Source: Octopus sinensis
Taxonomy: Eukaryota
NCBI RefSeq assembly: GCF_006345805.1
Contig: NC_042999.1
Location: 138,818,001 to 138,882,000 of the forward strand
Reading direction: 5' to 3'
DNA length: 64,000 nucleotides
Positions 42,016-55,959 of this stretch are shown here, piece by piece (position 1 is the first letter of the stretch; every line of letters starts with the position of its first letter). The notes under the pieces are model-generated. The model made no database searches, was not told the origin of the DNA, and saw only the letters and a list, made by a program, of their open reading frames with translations. The position numbers were made by a program, and so were the translations under genes.

Positions 42016-44317
42016 AGATTTCTGCTTTCCACCACCACTTCTTTTGCTCACACTTTTCGAAATGGAAGTAGCCCGGAATGCCAGCTAATTTCTCATGTTG
42101 GATCAACACCAGAAACTGATCTTGTAGGATGATACGTTGGTCACTTGTATATCCAGGTATAGTAGAGTCATGACAAAATCTTGGGATAAGCAAGAAGTAG
42201 TACTTACAATCCTAGTTTCTACCACTTTCTCTTGGATGAAGGGCTTGTCAATTACATTGACCCCAATGTTCAACTGGTACTAACATTCTCGACCCCGAAA
42301 TGGATGCATAGAAAAATCAACTTCGGCGGAATTTGAACTGAGAATGGGAAGACAGACGAAATGCCACTAAGCATTTTGTCCGGCGTGCAAGCTCTGCAAG
42401 CTCACGATTTACTTGAAGAATAGTACAAAGAAAATAATTACAGAGAAAAGCAAGGAGCAGAAAATACGAGTATTTTACTTTGAAAAGTAATGAAATTATT
42501 TTCGAAGGATTTTAACCACGACACAATATGGTTAGATAGAATATGAGACAAACAGCTTAATCTTAGAAAAATCAGATGTTCAAATAACTGAGAACTGCGA
42601 TACAAACAAGATATATCCATCACGTGTCTTCGCTATTCAGCAATGAGCTAATAGATAAAGGCAAGAGTAACACATCGAAGCTCCACAATGGGATACAAAA
42701 TAATGGATCATATATGTTAGTCCAGTAGGGATTAATATGCATATATATTAGAGACCGATAAGGCCGGACTTAATTCCAACTTGTATAGATGTTATATAGC
42801 CTCAGGCCAATCCAAATGAGCAGGTCCATGATCAAATGTTTTCCTGTAGTGGCAATTCCATCATTCTCTCGAATCTAGGAATGCATTATCTAATGAGTCT
42901 CTTATTTTCTAAGATAACAGAGTGAAATTTGACGGAGATTTTGTAGCTATTTCTGACATGTCGAGTGAGTTTGTAAAATAGCGCTGTATTAAAGGATGAG
43001 AGATGAATTCCCTCATTCCACTAGAAAGAAAATAACAGTCTACTTCAGGTATCTTTTCTAGAAGTTCTGGAGCCTAGTGCTTTGGCCTTTGTAGGCACTC
43101 CGAAATCAGTGAGATCAATGTGGTTAATATTCATCTTGTGTTGCACATTAACGGTTCCAGAAAAATTATAGGGAAGGAGAGATTTCCAGAGGATTGACTT
43201 TCCGGGGAACAAAGAACTGGTCCTGGTGGTTAGTGTGGCACAGCGGAGTGGGTAGGGAGTGGACGTAATGTTAAGCCATCTGTTGTTGCAGCATAAAAGA
43301 AGTGCGTGCGTACATATCCACTCTCTCTTCCCCTCCACCCTCTCTCTCTCACACACACACACAGAATACAAAACATCTACGGATCAGAAGATAGAAAATG
43401 TTGGTGAGTTATTTAATGGCAATAAATTAGACAGTAGATTAATAAGTTTGGATTATCGGAATATTGAATATATTACGATTTCAGATTTTGAGTTTTCCTT
43501 CAAGACGTATCTTTTTTAAAGAAGATACGATGAGATTTGAAGAAGTTCTGGTCGCAATTTCTAGCAATTTGAACGACTAAAGGCTCTCTTATTGGCTCGA
43601 TGAGTTGCATAATAGTTATTGTCTAGTGCCAACTCAGTTCTGATCGAGCAGACATATGATCAGAGGCTTTCCAAATACGATCATCTCGTCTGTTAAGTCG
43701 TGTCTGGGACTACATTACCTAATGCGTCATCGCATGGAGGTTGTCTTGCTGTTAATTTATAAAGAGTTAGTGTGTTAGATGGTAGTGAGCCTGTGAGAAG
43801 ATGTAGGCGTGAGTATATTTGTGTACGCGTACCATAGAAATACAAATACTGCAGTTGATAGGAAAAGTAAAATAATTTTAATGCTAAGTAAATTAGAAGA
43901 AGTTAATTGCTAATTGTAGTTGTCAAACAGTTGAAAAAAAAAAACAAAAACAAAAAAAATAAAAACAAACAAAACAACCCCAGAACATGATGCTAGATTG
44001 TCGAAGATGGTATTGTCAGAAATACTGTTACCCATTCCTATCAGCTAAATGTACTCTAAAGCTTAAAATTAAGCGTCTTTCATCGAGGCTCGAGGAAATG
44101 CTTTCAGTGGATTTGAACTTGAAACCTACAATAACAAAATGTCTAATACTTTATTCGCACGACCATCTTCCTTCATGTGGTATTTAGATGTTGTTTGTAT
44201 CATCCTACAAGGTCTGTTTCTGGTGTTGATCGAGCATGAGAAATTAGCTGGCATTCCGGGCTACTTCTATTTCGAAAAGTGTGAGCAAATACAAGTGGTG
44301 GTGGAAAGCAGAAATCT
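42016..44317. repeat. Inverted pair of a ~120-bp repeat (42016-42135 and 44197-44317)
   Basis: About 7 differences over ~120 bp by manual alignment. Confidence 0.88.
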
Positions 44318-44769
44318 AAAATTATACGTGTGTAGCAAAACAGACCACTTCAAGGGTTTCTACCTTACAGAAGAGAAAAGAGCAGAGCATCTCAGACGAC
44401 TGCGGCTACCTGTGCCAAACATCTGTAAGAAAACAGAAGCTATGGTAACAAGTGGAAAAGCAATAAAGGCTTCTTCTGCACATATACACAGAGGGGATCC
44501 TCCTCTGTCTCACCTTAGCTTAAAGTTAATGGGGGTACGTACGCGCTAACGAAAGCAAAAGTTTTACCTTTGGTGAGGGCTACAACAATGTAATCATATA
44601 GAAAACACCACAAAAAAGTAATACATCAGAAATTTAGAAACATTTTCCCAAATAGAGTGAGAATATTTAAAAATATTTTAGAATAAGGGATTTTGGAGGT
44701 CTCTTAAAAATATTCTTAAAAACAAGACTAGGATAAGCGAACTTTCACTTTTTTGTTTTCTCCAGCTCC

Positions 44770-45480
44770 TACTTACAAGTAAGTGGGCTGGAGTCGGCAT
44801 GGAGACACGGACACCTGTTCAACGACCTCAGGTCACTGTGCTTGGATGTGAAAGCCATTAGCGAAACAAGCATTTACGATACGAAATTGGTCGACTCCCT
44901 TCTGGATGACAATGAGACCTACGCTTCCATCAGTCGACTTGGATTGAATGGTGTAGCGGTGCTATTTTGGAATGGTTTGGACCAGAAGGTGAATAGGGTT
45001 TTCCTAGACTCGGATGGTAAATCGGTGGTTCTGGACGTGAGCATCAGCAAAGGAAGCTGGGCTCATCAAATTAGTGTTCGTTTGCACCTAAATTGGAGCA
45101 AGCAGCCCATATTTCTTAAGACCCCAAGAGAAATTCCTGGGGATATCTCGCTCATTAATGTTATTGGGCGAATGGAATGGCATTTTGGACGCACACAAGA
45201 ACTTTGTGAGTGTAGCCGATAAAGTGAGATGCAAAAATTTTGCAAACCTTCTCAGACACTTCTGTCTGACAGACTTCACCTTGATTTCCCGAATGCGCAA
45301 ATGTGAACCTCGCCTAATCGCAGCAGGTCATCCAGGTCATATTTAGATAGAATTTTCGCTAGGTTAACAGACAGGATTACTTAAGTTGTCACAATTTCTG
45401 ACAGTTGATTACTTTGACCTCAAACTCGCGACCTGTATAGGCAACTTAAAATAAACAAATACACATGAGCATGGTTGCTG
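44770..45480 (+). mobile_element. Decayed L1/Tx1-like APE endonuclease fragment
   Basis: NDLRSLCLDVKAISET, DSDGKSVVLDV and GEWNGILD are endonuclease-like motifs spread over shifted frames. Confidence 0.65.
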
Positions 45481-46272
45481 GAAGCTAAATGCATCTTTTG
45501 TGGCGATGGAAGATTTCAGGGACTGGATCACCGAATTAGTTAAGCAGGAGTTGATGGGAACCATCATCAATAACATGCCGAGGGTTAAGTTAAAGAGAAA
45601 GATTAGGATAACGTGATTTCATAAACAGATAACCAAAGAGAATACAGGATACAAAAGGAATTAACAGTTTAGAAGAGACCCGTAGATACGTGTATTTTCA
45701 TTGGTTTCATGTGAGAAGTAGGTCCTACTTAAAGGTTGTGTGCGTCACAATACGATACTTATTTTTGGGTGGATCGCATTAACTATTATAAACTAGAATG
45801 TCGCCTGTCATAAGAGTGGTTAATTTGAAAGTATATCTTTATCCCCATGGGTTAAGAGTCACTATTAGTATTAGATATTTTATATTTACACAAACATACA
45901 TACATATACACACACATGTGGCTCTGTAAACCCATTGCTTCTTTACCGTCTCCTACCAATTGTTTGTCAAGTAGTTGAACCGTAGTTATGTGTGTGCGTG
46001 TGTGTAAGTATGCGCCATGTATTTGTCGTCTATCGACTACGTGGTTTTTATCATGTTACAATTACTCTTTGCCAATTTCAATCTTCCTCTATTGACTTTA
46101 ATTTTTTGTGTTATCCCTCCTGGTATCTCTCGTTTACTCCCTCTTTTCTTCTCTCTATAAGAAAAGCATGACTGGAGAATTAACCAATTAACCAACCAAT
46201 ATCAGCTATTATTGTATAGAGATATTTATAGAGTTGGCAGAATCATTAGTATGCTGGGTATCCTTACGTTCT

Positions 46273-46688
46273 TATTTTTTTATTGCCCACAAGGGGATAA
46301 ACATAGAGAGGACAAACAAGGACATACAAAGGGATGAAGTCGATTATATCGACCCCAGTGCGTAACTGGTACTTAATTCATCGACCCCGAAAGGATGAAA
46401 AGCAAAGTCGACCTCGGCGGAATTTGAACTCAGAACGTAGCGGCAGGCGAAATACCTATTCCTTTACTACCCACAAGGGGCTAAACACAGAGAGGACAAA
46501 CAAGGACAGACACACGGATTAAGTCGATTATATCGACCCCATTGCGTAACTGGTACTTAATTTATCGATCCCGAAAGGATGAAAGGCAAAGTCGACCTCG
46601 GCGAAATTTGAACTCAGAACGTAATGGCAGACGAAATACGGCTACGCATTTCGCCCGGCGTGCTAACGTTTCTGCCAGCTCGCCGCCT
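46273..46688 (-). mobile_element. SINE family B dimer inserted into an older, oppositely oriented related SINE
   Basis: Two bodies (junction at 46455/46456) and one full head. Perfect 14-bp TSD TATCCTTACGTTCT at 46259-46272 and 46689-46702. The host SINE head lies at ~46230 and its body at 46703-46850. Confidence 0.9.
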
Positions 46689-47609
46689 TATCCTTACGTT
46701 CTGAGTTCCGCTAGAGTCGACTTTGCCTTTCATCCTTTCGGGTTCGATAAAATAAATACCAGTTGAACACTGGGTTCGATGTGATCGACTTATCCCCTCC
46801 CCTAAAATTGCTGGTCTTGTACCAAAATTTGAAATCATTATATAGAAATATTTCACTCTTTATCTAAACCGAGTTCTCTTACTGCTTGTTGATTTATATA
46901 GCGCAGTACTCTGTCTGTCTCTATACATGCATGTGTATGTGTATATATATATATATATATTATATATATATATATATATTATATATATATATATATACAT
47001 ACATACATACATACACACATACATACGTACATAATACATACATACATAGCCACACGCCACATGTGCACAACGAATTTAGTGCAGTTTTCATCCACAAAAT
47101 TCTATTTATAAAACATAAGTCAGCTCGAAGCCGCGCAACAGGATCGAAATCATAGCCACGTGCTTGCGAAACTACACATAACTATATCAGTGCCTAAAAC
47201 TTGACATAAAATTCTAGCATCTTTAAAAGAGCAAATTTTCGCACAGTTTTTTTCTAGAATGGGGACTAGGAATAATTGCATATCGTGTAAGGTTAGTACT
47301 GTCTGTTCTTTAATTTGAATTAGTGCAGACGAGACATTGGAAAGGAAACGTAAATTTTAAAAATCGTGCCGTTCTGGGTAAGGAAAAAGGAAAGTGTCCA
47401 GAATGTTGTCTGGGAAATGGTAACAGGAAATGGAAAGGCTTGTGTAGCGAGTTGATTCAAAGAAGAGAAAATTATCAAGTGCAAAAGAATTCACTGAGAA
47501 GCATCAGTGTTTGGCAAAGTGTATCTTCTCATGAGTGAAATACCCGAAATCCCCATCCTCACAGAGGAAAAGTATATTATATAATATATAAATTACAAAA
47601 CAAACTTAC

Positions 47610-47758
47610 TTCTTTATAGTCAATTGCAAATTGTTTCCGCTTGCCCTTATAAGGTCTTGACTTTCGCCGTGTGACAAATTAGAAGCATTAGCGGTGCCAA
47701 TCTTAAGAATCACATCGCCGGCATCTAGACGTGATGCAGCAATACTTCCGGATGTCAC
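47610..47758 (-). CDS. Internal coding exon: C-terminal half of a PDZ domain, Zasp / ALP-Enigma (PDLIM) type
   Basis: Minus strand reads ctcttcctctttctctcag|GTGACATCC...ACTATAAAGAA|gtaagt, a strong acceptor and perfect donor, phase 0 to phase 2. It translates stop-free to VTSGSIAASRLDAGDVILKIGTANASNLSHGESQDLIRASGNNLQLTIK. This matches the GD-V-I-x-x-I and H-x-(E/D)-x-Q-x-x-I...GN-x-L-x-L-T pattern of ALP/Enigma/Zasp PDZ domains. Paralogue not resolvable, so no symbol. Confidence 0.92.
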
Positions 47759-48212
47759 CTGAGAGAAAGAGGAAGAGAGAAAAGAATTACTTTTGGGTAT
47801 ACATGTTATTGGATGCGATGATTACACACACACAAACACACGCACGCGCACACACACGCACACAACCATCTCAAATGAGAAAGGAAGGTGATCTCAAAAA
47901 ACAAGAATTCTATAAAGTTGACTTGCTATCAAAGTAAAGATAGTCTGATTGTCTGGAAACAGAAGGGCAACTGTGGATATGCATTTCTGCCCGAATAGAC
48001 GTAATCAGCGCAACAGCTTCCCAACCTTATCTCTAATAGAACGAGAAACTTAGATATATACAATAAAGAAATAAAGAGTAGAAAACATTTACGACCTGGG
48101 TAATTTGCACAAATAAAACGAATACATACATGCATGCACGTATGTATGTATGTATGTATGTATGTATGTATGTATGTATGTATGTATGTATGTATGTATG
48201 TATGTATGTATG

Positions 48213-48246
<34 letters not shown>

Positions 48247-49943
48247 TGTATGTATGCATGTATGTATGCATGTATGCAATTATGAGGTCTCGGTTTCGAT
48301 TCCATTAAGTGGTATTTTGGGGAAGTATAATCAACCTTCTTTGACTTCGTGTTTACTCATACTCTGAGTAAAACTGGGTAAACGGTAGCAATGGAAACTT
48401 GCCGGACGGATTGTACCTGTTATTCAAAGGTCCAATCTTGTAATACAATATCAGATTTTGCTTTTAGAGTCCATAATTGCATTTGGAAATATTCTCCAAC
48501 CGGTCTTTGTCTTCAGGTACTAAATAGTATGTATGTGTATGAACTGATATGTGCCACAACGATTGTCAGTGCCTTTGGATACCATGAACGTATTATCATT
48601 GCTATTTAGATCAAACTTTTTCTTTGTGAACAAATTTTTCAAGTTTTTCCGTTGCCTTTCACTTTGAGCGAGTATTTGATCAGTTCGTTACTTTTCCTGA
48701 TGATAGGAAAGTTTGATTCAATGACGTTAAAAATATTTTGATGAAATAGAATTCGAGTCACATTAAAAGGTATGATAATCTGGTTTGGCGTTCCTCTTTC
48801 ATGGGCTGCTCTAAGTTATTCTATAGGTATTTGTTTTTCACGTTTTATACCGTTAATAGTAAATAGTTTTGTTTCAGCAGAAACCCCTTGAGTTCTGTGA
48901 GACTTTGGTATCTATACCATCAACAACAGTACAACATTTCTTGACCAGACAGTATACGATGTTACGTTTTGTCTGTTCTGGCTGGCATGATTTGAACTGC
49001 AGGGATGAGTTGTAGCTTTTATGAAAATTTCACCTTTTTGCACGCCAACGAACTAGCCCTTCCATTGTAAGTGCATTAAGAGTCCTATTAATTATCAATA
49101 GCTTAATGAGATAGTTGCTTAATTCATTACAGATTCGATATTTAGTACCAAGAATCGGATAAACTTTTTTTCTCATCCTGCTATAAAAGATCAGTTCGGT
49201 ATTTCTTTCAGAGTAGAACGTGTTATGTGCTTCTTCAATTATATATGACAAATGAGGTATAAAATTTACTGCAGTTTTCTTATTATTTGATCCACTTTTA
49301 CTATGCAGCTTGATATGTAGAAAGTTTCGATTTAAAGAAATTTAAAGAAAAATTCAAGGCATCTCTTACTATTCCCAATTCCAGAATATACTTATTTAAA
49401 TGTTTGATTTGTAATGTTAATTTAATTAAAAATTCTCACTGTTGTTTTATCGTATAGCACAATTGTCCAGTGACATAAAAATATTAGAGCTTTCTCCCAC
49501 TATTTCCATAATATTCCTAGGTACGTATACGTGTTTTGAACTTACTGAAGATCCTACGACTATACTGGTTCTTCGTTTTTTTTTTTTAAATATTATGACA
49601 GTTCATTTATGTTAAATTATTTCGCAGTTTCAGTCGACCCCTATCCATTTCGAAGTTGATTTTATTTTTCATTTCTAGATTAATCTATTTTCTTGTCTGT
49701 TTTGCATTTGTCATTTGAAATTCTGCTTTTCAATCTTGAAAACATTAAACAATATTTTAAAAAATATATCGAATTTTAATATACAGTAACCAACGGAAAA
49801 AGTAAAAAAAAAAATGAACGAAAACAACGAAAATATGAAGAGAGATTTATAAATGCACACATAATTAATAACAAAGAGAAAAAGAAAAAATAACCAACCA
49901 AAACCGTGCAGTGTTGTTTAAACCGAGGGACAGCTGTATACGC

Positions 49944-50077
<134 letters not shown>

Positions 50078-50569
50078 TGGAGATTAAGACAAACAGAAAA
50101 TGAAATAAATAAGAGTGAATGAAAAGATGTGATATTCATATTTTTCCGTATGATGTTAGCAAACATCTCTCCTCCCGAGGATTCGATACAGTAATTTTTT
50201 CCATATTGGTTTTCCCCCTCAGTACAGTATTTATAATGGAAAGGGAAAGAGATTTTGTAATGATCAGACTGTCACCAAGAATTGAACATCTGGGTGCTTC
50301 CATATTCTTTATGATGATAAATAGTTTTCAAGCTCCAGCATAGCAATATACATAATGACCAAAACGAAATTTAAGGTCTAAATAGATAAAAAATTGATTT
50401 ATTTCAACTGGGTCCAAAATGTCTTTATATCATTTTTATAGTAAAAGGAAGCTGTGCAGTGTGGCATTGAGGCATTCCCAAGAAGTTTGGTATTTCTTGT
50501 TTTCAAAGCAATATGCTAATGAGTTTTTTTCTTTACTTAGGAAACTTATTCTCATTCCCACTGGAACTT

Positions 50570-50614
<45 letters not shown>

Positions 50615-51042
50615 ATACACACAACATATACACACAGAGAGACATAGACACGCACACAGACACACACATGCACACACGCACACACAGAATACCGCGCACC
50701 CACCCACCCACCCACAGACACGCACACAGAGACACGTGCGCGCGCACACAGACAGACTCACACACATTGACACACACAGAGACTAAATTATGATTTACCT
50801 TACATGTATATCTAGAAGAACACTCGACACATACAGTAGAGTGAAACATTTTTTCATTTGTAGTAAATGAGGGTCAACTCTAATTTCTAGCCTTAAAGTG
50901 CAGTGCTCCAAAAAAGGACATTTTACTTTTGCATTTATCAAATAGGGACCAACACTAATCTGAGCTCTAAAGTTGATCAAACCCCATGTATACGCGCGCA
51001 CACACACACACACAAAGTAGTACACATAGATACACAGATATA

Positions 51043-51075
<33 letters not shown>

Positions 51076-51168
51076 TATTTCTATTCCTGAGCGCCATACT
51101 AATACATTTGCTTGTTTGTACTCCACCTGCCTTCGTCTTTTGTTTATTTTCGTACGTAAACTTTCCCG

Positions 51169-51211
<43 letters not shown>

Positions 51212-51754
51212 TATATACATACATGCACACATACATACATATATACATACATGCATATTATTTAAAATGGTATACTAATTGCTCAAAGTTATCTTTACTG
51301 TTAGTTTCAAAGGGTGTTCTCGCTCTCTTCAGGACGGCCCGTTACATGTTTTAACCCCAAAAGCTATAAGTATGTATAACTGGACATTATTTTTTATGGT
51401 TAATGAACTTACATCAAGGAAATTACATTCTTATGTGCCTTTGCATTTATTCTCTTTGACAACTGATGTAGCTTTGTTACATCCCGGTGACTCAGTGCTT
51501 CAGCAAAAAGTGATCGATAGAATAAGTAAACTAGATGGGCTTGATCGATTAAACATTCAAGGTGGTATCCTAGCATAGTTGCAATCCTGTCTCTCTCGTA
51601 TGTATGTATGTATGTATGTATGTATGTATGTATGCATGTGCGTGTACGTATGAGTGCGTCCATACGTACACACATGCACATATGCACACACTTATATAGA
51701 GAAATAGATAGATAGATAGAAAGATAGAGGAAGAGAGAGAGAGAGAGATAGAGA

Positions 51755-51785
<31 letters not shown>

Positions 51786-51813
51786 GGGGGAAAGAAAGAG
51801 ATGGATAAAGCAA

Positions 51814-52186
51814 GGGTATTGTGAGTCGGAAAAGTTCGTACACGCGCGCGTGTATGTCTGTGTGTGATACGTGATTTACTGCGTATTCGCGAGCGAACGA
51901 AAATTAGAGCATTTATTTTGGTTGGTTTTCTCTGAACTTATTGCCATACTGTATGACTTTGATGTACTGTATAACTGTTTCATCAAGTTTTCCAACTCTG
52001 TTTTTGTTCCTGCCGGGCCATCGACTGTTTTGATCACTATACATATTAACGAGGGTGTCATATTCGTTCTGTGGGTTAGATTAGATTTAAAAAAGAATGA
52101 AAGACCAGTACTAGAACAGTAAATAAAAGACAATCGAAATTTCGGTATTTAAGGAAACTGTGCGCTGAATTTTCCGACTTATGCCC
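51814..52186. mobile_element. Possible MITE with imperfect TIRs, containing a 110-bp RTE fragment
   Basis: GAGTCGGAAAAGTTC at ~51823 versus GAATTTTCCGACTT at ~52167. 51915-52024 is ~95% identical, inverted, to 58872-58981. Confidence 0.4.
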
Positions 52187-53010
52187 AGTCAGATTTCATT
52201 TGTTCGCTAGATGTTATAAAAACAAAAGTTCCCAAGGATATATTTTTTCCTTTCTACAAGTAGACAGGCAACCCTCTGTTTGCCCTTTATACCCCAAATT
52301 AATTTTTCCAATTCCTCCCATCCTTTCCATTGCCATTAATGGAATGAGATAAGTAGCTTAATACATGAAGATTAATCAATGATGTTCTGGTTTGCAAGTG
52401 AGCAAAAACCAAATGACAGGATTCGGTACAACCGGGTTGGCAACCCCTACAATTTAATCAAACACGCTATTTCATTAGTTGAAATTCAGATTTAAGGGTT
52501 AGTCACTGAGTCGGTAAACGTCAATTCGCATAGTTTCCCCTCAAGGATAAAATCTAAAGGTCAGTTCAAATGTCAAACTGAGGTATAATGGCAGAAGGTC
52601 AAACATGCTGGTAACTTTTAAATCAATCCAAATGTTGGATAGTTTTTCTTTATTACAAAAGAAAAAAAAAAGGCTATAATCATGTACTCTCCGGTTTTAA
52701 ACTCAACAGTATAGTTGAAACGGTAGTATTTTCTTTGTCCAACTAAAATAACACATATGGCTAGCAACTATCTTTGCTTTCTATTCCGTAACAAGCATAA
52801 CCTCTCCTATTCTCTTGTGTCTGACATCTATCAACTTCTTACAGAAGATTAACCAGTACCCACATTTTACTATATTTGTAAAATATGCTTATCTTTCTAT
52901 TACCAGTCTCTCTTGCTCATAATATATATATATATACTCTTTTACTGTTTTACTTGTTTCAGCCATCCGGCTGAGGCCATGCTGGGGCACCGCCCTTGTT
53001 GCTACCCTCT

Positions 53011-55959
53011 CTAAGTCCAGTTTGCCGTGGCTGGCCACTGATCTAAGAGAGAGTTTGTAGCTGCTGCCCTTAGGTTACCTTCGTACCTTGCAGTGGGTTC
53101 ATCTGGGATCCCGGAAAGCAGCTTGTCTAGATGTTTTTTGAAAATGTCCACATCCGCATCATGTAGATCTCTTAGTTTTCTTGGCAGTTTGTTGAACAGC
53201 TGAGGGCCCCTGAACCCCAGGCTATTACAGTATCTGCTCCTTACCCTGGATGTGGAAGACGGGACCTTTGGCACCACACAGTGACGTCCTGTACGGGGAT
53301 TGGAACAGCTCTCAATTCCAAAATTTGGTGCTAGTCCCTCCAGGATTTTCCATATGTATATCACTGCATATCTCTCTCGTCTTCGTTCCAAGGAGTACAA
53401 ATTGAGTTCCCTAAGCCTCTCCCAATAGTTCTTTTCTTTCATGGTGGAAATCCTCTTGGTGAAATGTCTTTGGATTGTCTCAAGCTCTGTGGTTAGTTTG
53501 ACACTATGCGGTGACCACAGTTGGGAGCAGTAGTCCAGGCGGCTTAGGACAAATGTCCTCCATAGTGTCAACATGGTCTCGCAGTCTCTTGTCCGGAATG
53601 TCCTCAGGATCCAGCCAGTGAGTCGTCTGCACATTGTCGCCACCTTCGCGATGTGTGAAGAAAAAGATGCATCGTCACTCATGTCTATCCCCAGGTCCCG
53701 TATTGATTTCGATACTGGGATTTCGATCCCTCCTGGACCAGTATAGTTGTTTGTAATGTATATGTGTTTACAGCTTGATATTGTAAGGCTTGAAATTTAC
53801 CAGCATTAAATTGCATGTTGTCTTCAGCCCATTTGTATAAGGCATCCAGATCTTGTTGTAAAAGGTCAGCATCAGCTGGGTTTTTGATTGCCTGTGCTAC
53901 CTTTGTGTCATCAGCATAGCTAGTGAGGGATGTTGTTTTGCTACCAAGGGCATTCAGAGAGCGCCACCAAAAACAGCAAGGGTCCCAAGACTGTGCCCTG
54001 TGGCACCCCGCTTGCTATTGGTGTCTTTCCCGAGAGGGCTCCATTGGCCGCAACCACCTGGCTTCTGTCCTTCAGGAAGTCATGTATCCACTCACCTACT
54101 TTTCCTGTTATGCCGAGTCTGAGTAATTTGTGACATATCACTCCGTGGTCGACCCTGTCAAAGGCCTTCGCAAAGTCGAGATATACCACATCCACCTGTG
54201 AGCGATCCAGTAGTTGTTTCAGCACCCAGTCGTAGTGCTGTAACAGCTGCGTAAGGCAGCTTCTTCCTGGGCGAAAGCCATGCTGTGTGTCAGTGAGACG
54301 GTTAGTTTCTTCGAGGAACGTGATCAGTTTTTTTCTGATGATTCGTTCCATGACCTTACCTATGTGTGACGTCAGGGAGACTGGCCTGTAGTTTTTGGCC
54401 TCTGCTCTACTCCCTCCTTTGTGGATAGGGCATATGGTGCCTTTTTTAGCGCCCTGGGCAGTTTACCGTTAGCCAAGGAACCACTGAAGAGCTTCTTCAG
54501 TGGTCCCGCTAGGGCATGCCTGCATGTTTTAGGAGGACTGCTGGGAATCCATCTGGTCCAGCAGCTGAGTTTATTCTCATTTCTTCTATGGCAGATATTA
54601 CATCCCTCTCTGTTATGTCTATGTGGTCGATGGTTGTTGTTTGGTTTTGGAGTGTGTGTTGTGGCATCAAAGAAAACTTCTGGGTTTGTGATTTGCATGT
54701 GCCCCAGAGGGGATGTGAACACACTTTTATACTGTTCCTTTAGTATTTCACTTATCCCTTGGGGGTCCTCAGTTAGAGAGCCCTTTTTATCAAAGAGTGG
54801 GCCAATCTTGCAGTGTACCGAGGTGGTTTCTTTCGCAAATTTAAAGAAGGCTTTAGGGTTTGTTTTAATATTCTCTATGGCCCTGGCTTCTCTCTCTGCC
54901 CTCTCCTTCTCATAGGAAAGTTTGAGTGCAGTTTCCGTTTCAAAAAGTTTCAGGTGGAGTCCCTCATTGTTTCTCTGCCGTGCATTCAGTTGCTTCGAGA
55001 GCTTAGCTCTTCGCCTCATAAGTATTTTCCTGTCTCTGGGAATAACGTTCCTATGCCCGCTGGCTTTTTTCTCCGGGACAAACTTATGGCATATGTTCTG
55101 TATTGTTGTCATGAAATGTTGGAAATGTGTGTTGGTGTCTTGTGTGGTGATGAAGTCACTCCAGTCATGTTTTCGGATCTCTTCGTTGATCTTCTTCCAG
55201 TTTGCCTTATGGAAGTTTAGACTGGATAGGCTTGTGGTATTTTCTAATGGCTGCGTCTCAACTAACTCTCTCATACCATATATCATTACCTCTACTAAGT
55301 TGTGATCTGAGAGAATTGTTGGTGTTACCATTATGTTGTGGATGAGCATCGGGTTGCTTGTGAAACAGAGGTCCAAGACATTCTCACCTCTTGTTGGCCA
55401 AAGCACTGCTTGCTCCATGAAAAACTTGCGTGTGAGAGCCAACAAGGACTCTGTCTGTCTCTGTTCAAGTGATGTCATTCCAGGGAGGAGATGGCCATCT
55501 GGCCATTTGACTTCGGAAGGTTAAAATCTCCCAGCAGTAGAATGGTGTTACCCTGGTCCAGTTTGTCCATGACTTCTTCTATTCTTCTGAGGCTATCTTC
55601 AAACACTCCTTCATGACTAGGGGTGTCTGGTGGCCGATATGTGACACATATTACTATTTTCGGTTGTTTCATGTGTACTATCAGTGTGTCACAGACTGAG
55701 TTTGAGTGTGTCAACAGTACTATGGGTGTGACATCTTCACGACGTACAGGGCAACCCCACCATGAGTTCTTTCCTTCCTGTCCGACCGAAAAACAGTATA
55801 CTTCGGTATGTGTATTTCTGCATCTGCTATACTGCTTGACAGGTGCGTTTCAGTCAGCGCTATGCATATTGCATGGTTGCTTGTGCTCAAGTCCCTAAGG
55901 TAAGGAATTTTACCCATATTAGTGGGTTTCACCAGACCTCTGACATTCAGCAGAAGCAC
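53011..55959 (-). CDS. LINE ORF2 (frameshifted as assembled): apurinic-like endonuclease plus reverse transcriptase
   Basis: APE motifs LNVRGL, ALTETHL, YRPP, LGDFN, LDL, SDH. RT motifs AAGPDG, QHGFRPGRSC, YLDFAKAFD, GVPQGTVLGPLLF, YADD (read in 53898-53920). CR1-type C-terminus LDYCSQLWSP...LYSLERRRER...AATNSLLDQ. Confidence 0.95.

Noticed and set aside
43045-43371. 108-aa minus ORF with a vaguely CRIB-like FSGTVNVQHKMNI
   Set aside because: It lacks the ISxP and HxxH consensus, has a weak acceptor and no donor; not called as CDS.
47525-47560. Minus-strand WGFRVFHS*, resembling the WGFR loop of PDZ domains
   Set aside because: It lies downstream of the second-half PDZ exon (wrong order), has no good acceptor and stops after 8 codons; treated as chance.
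51279-51578. Plus-strand ORF containing LHPGDSVL and NIQGG, reminiscent of PDZ motifs
   Set aside because: The motifs are in the wrong order for a PDZ domain and on the strand opposite the real PDZ exon.
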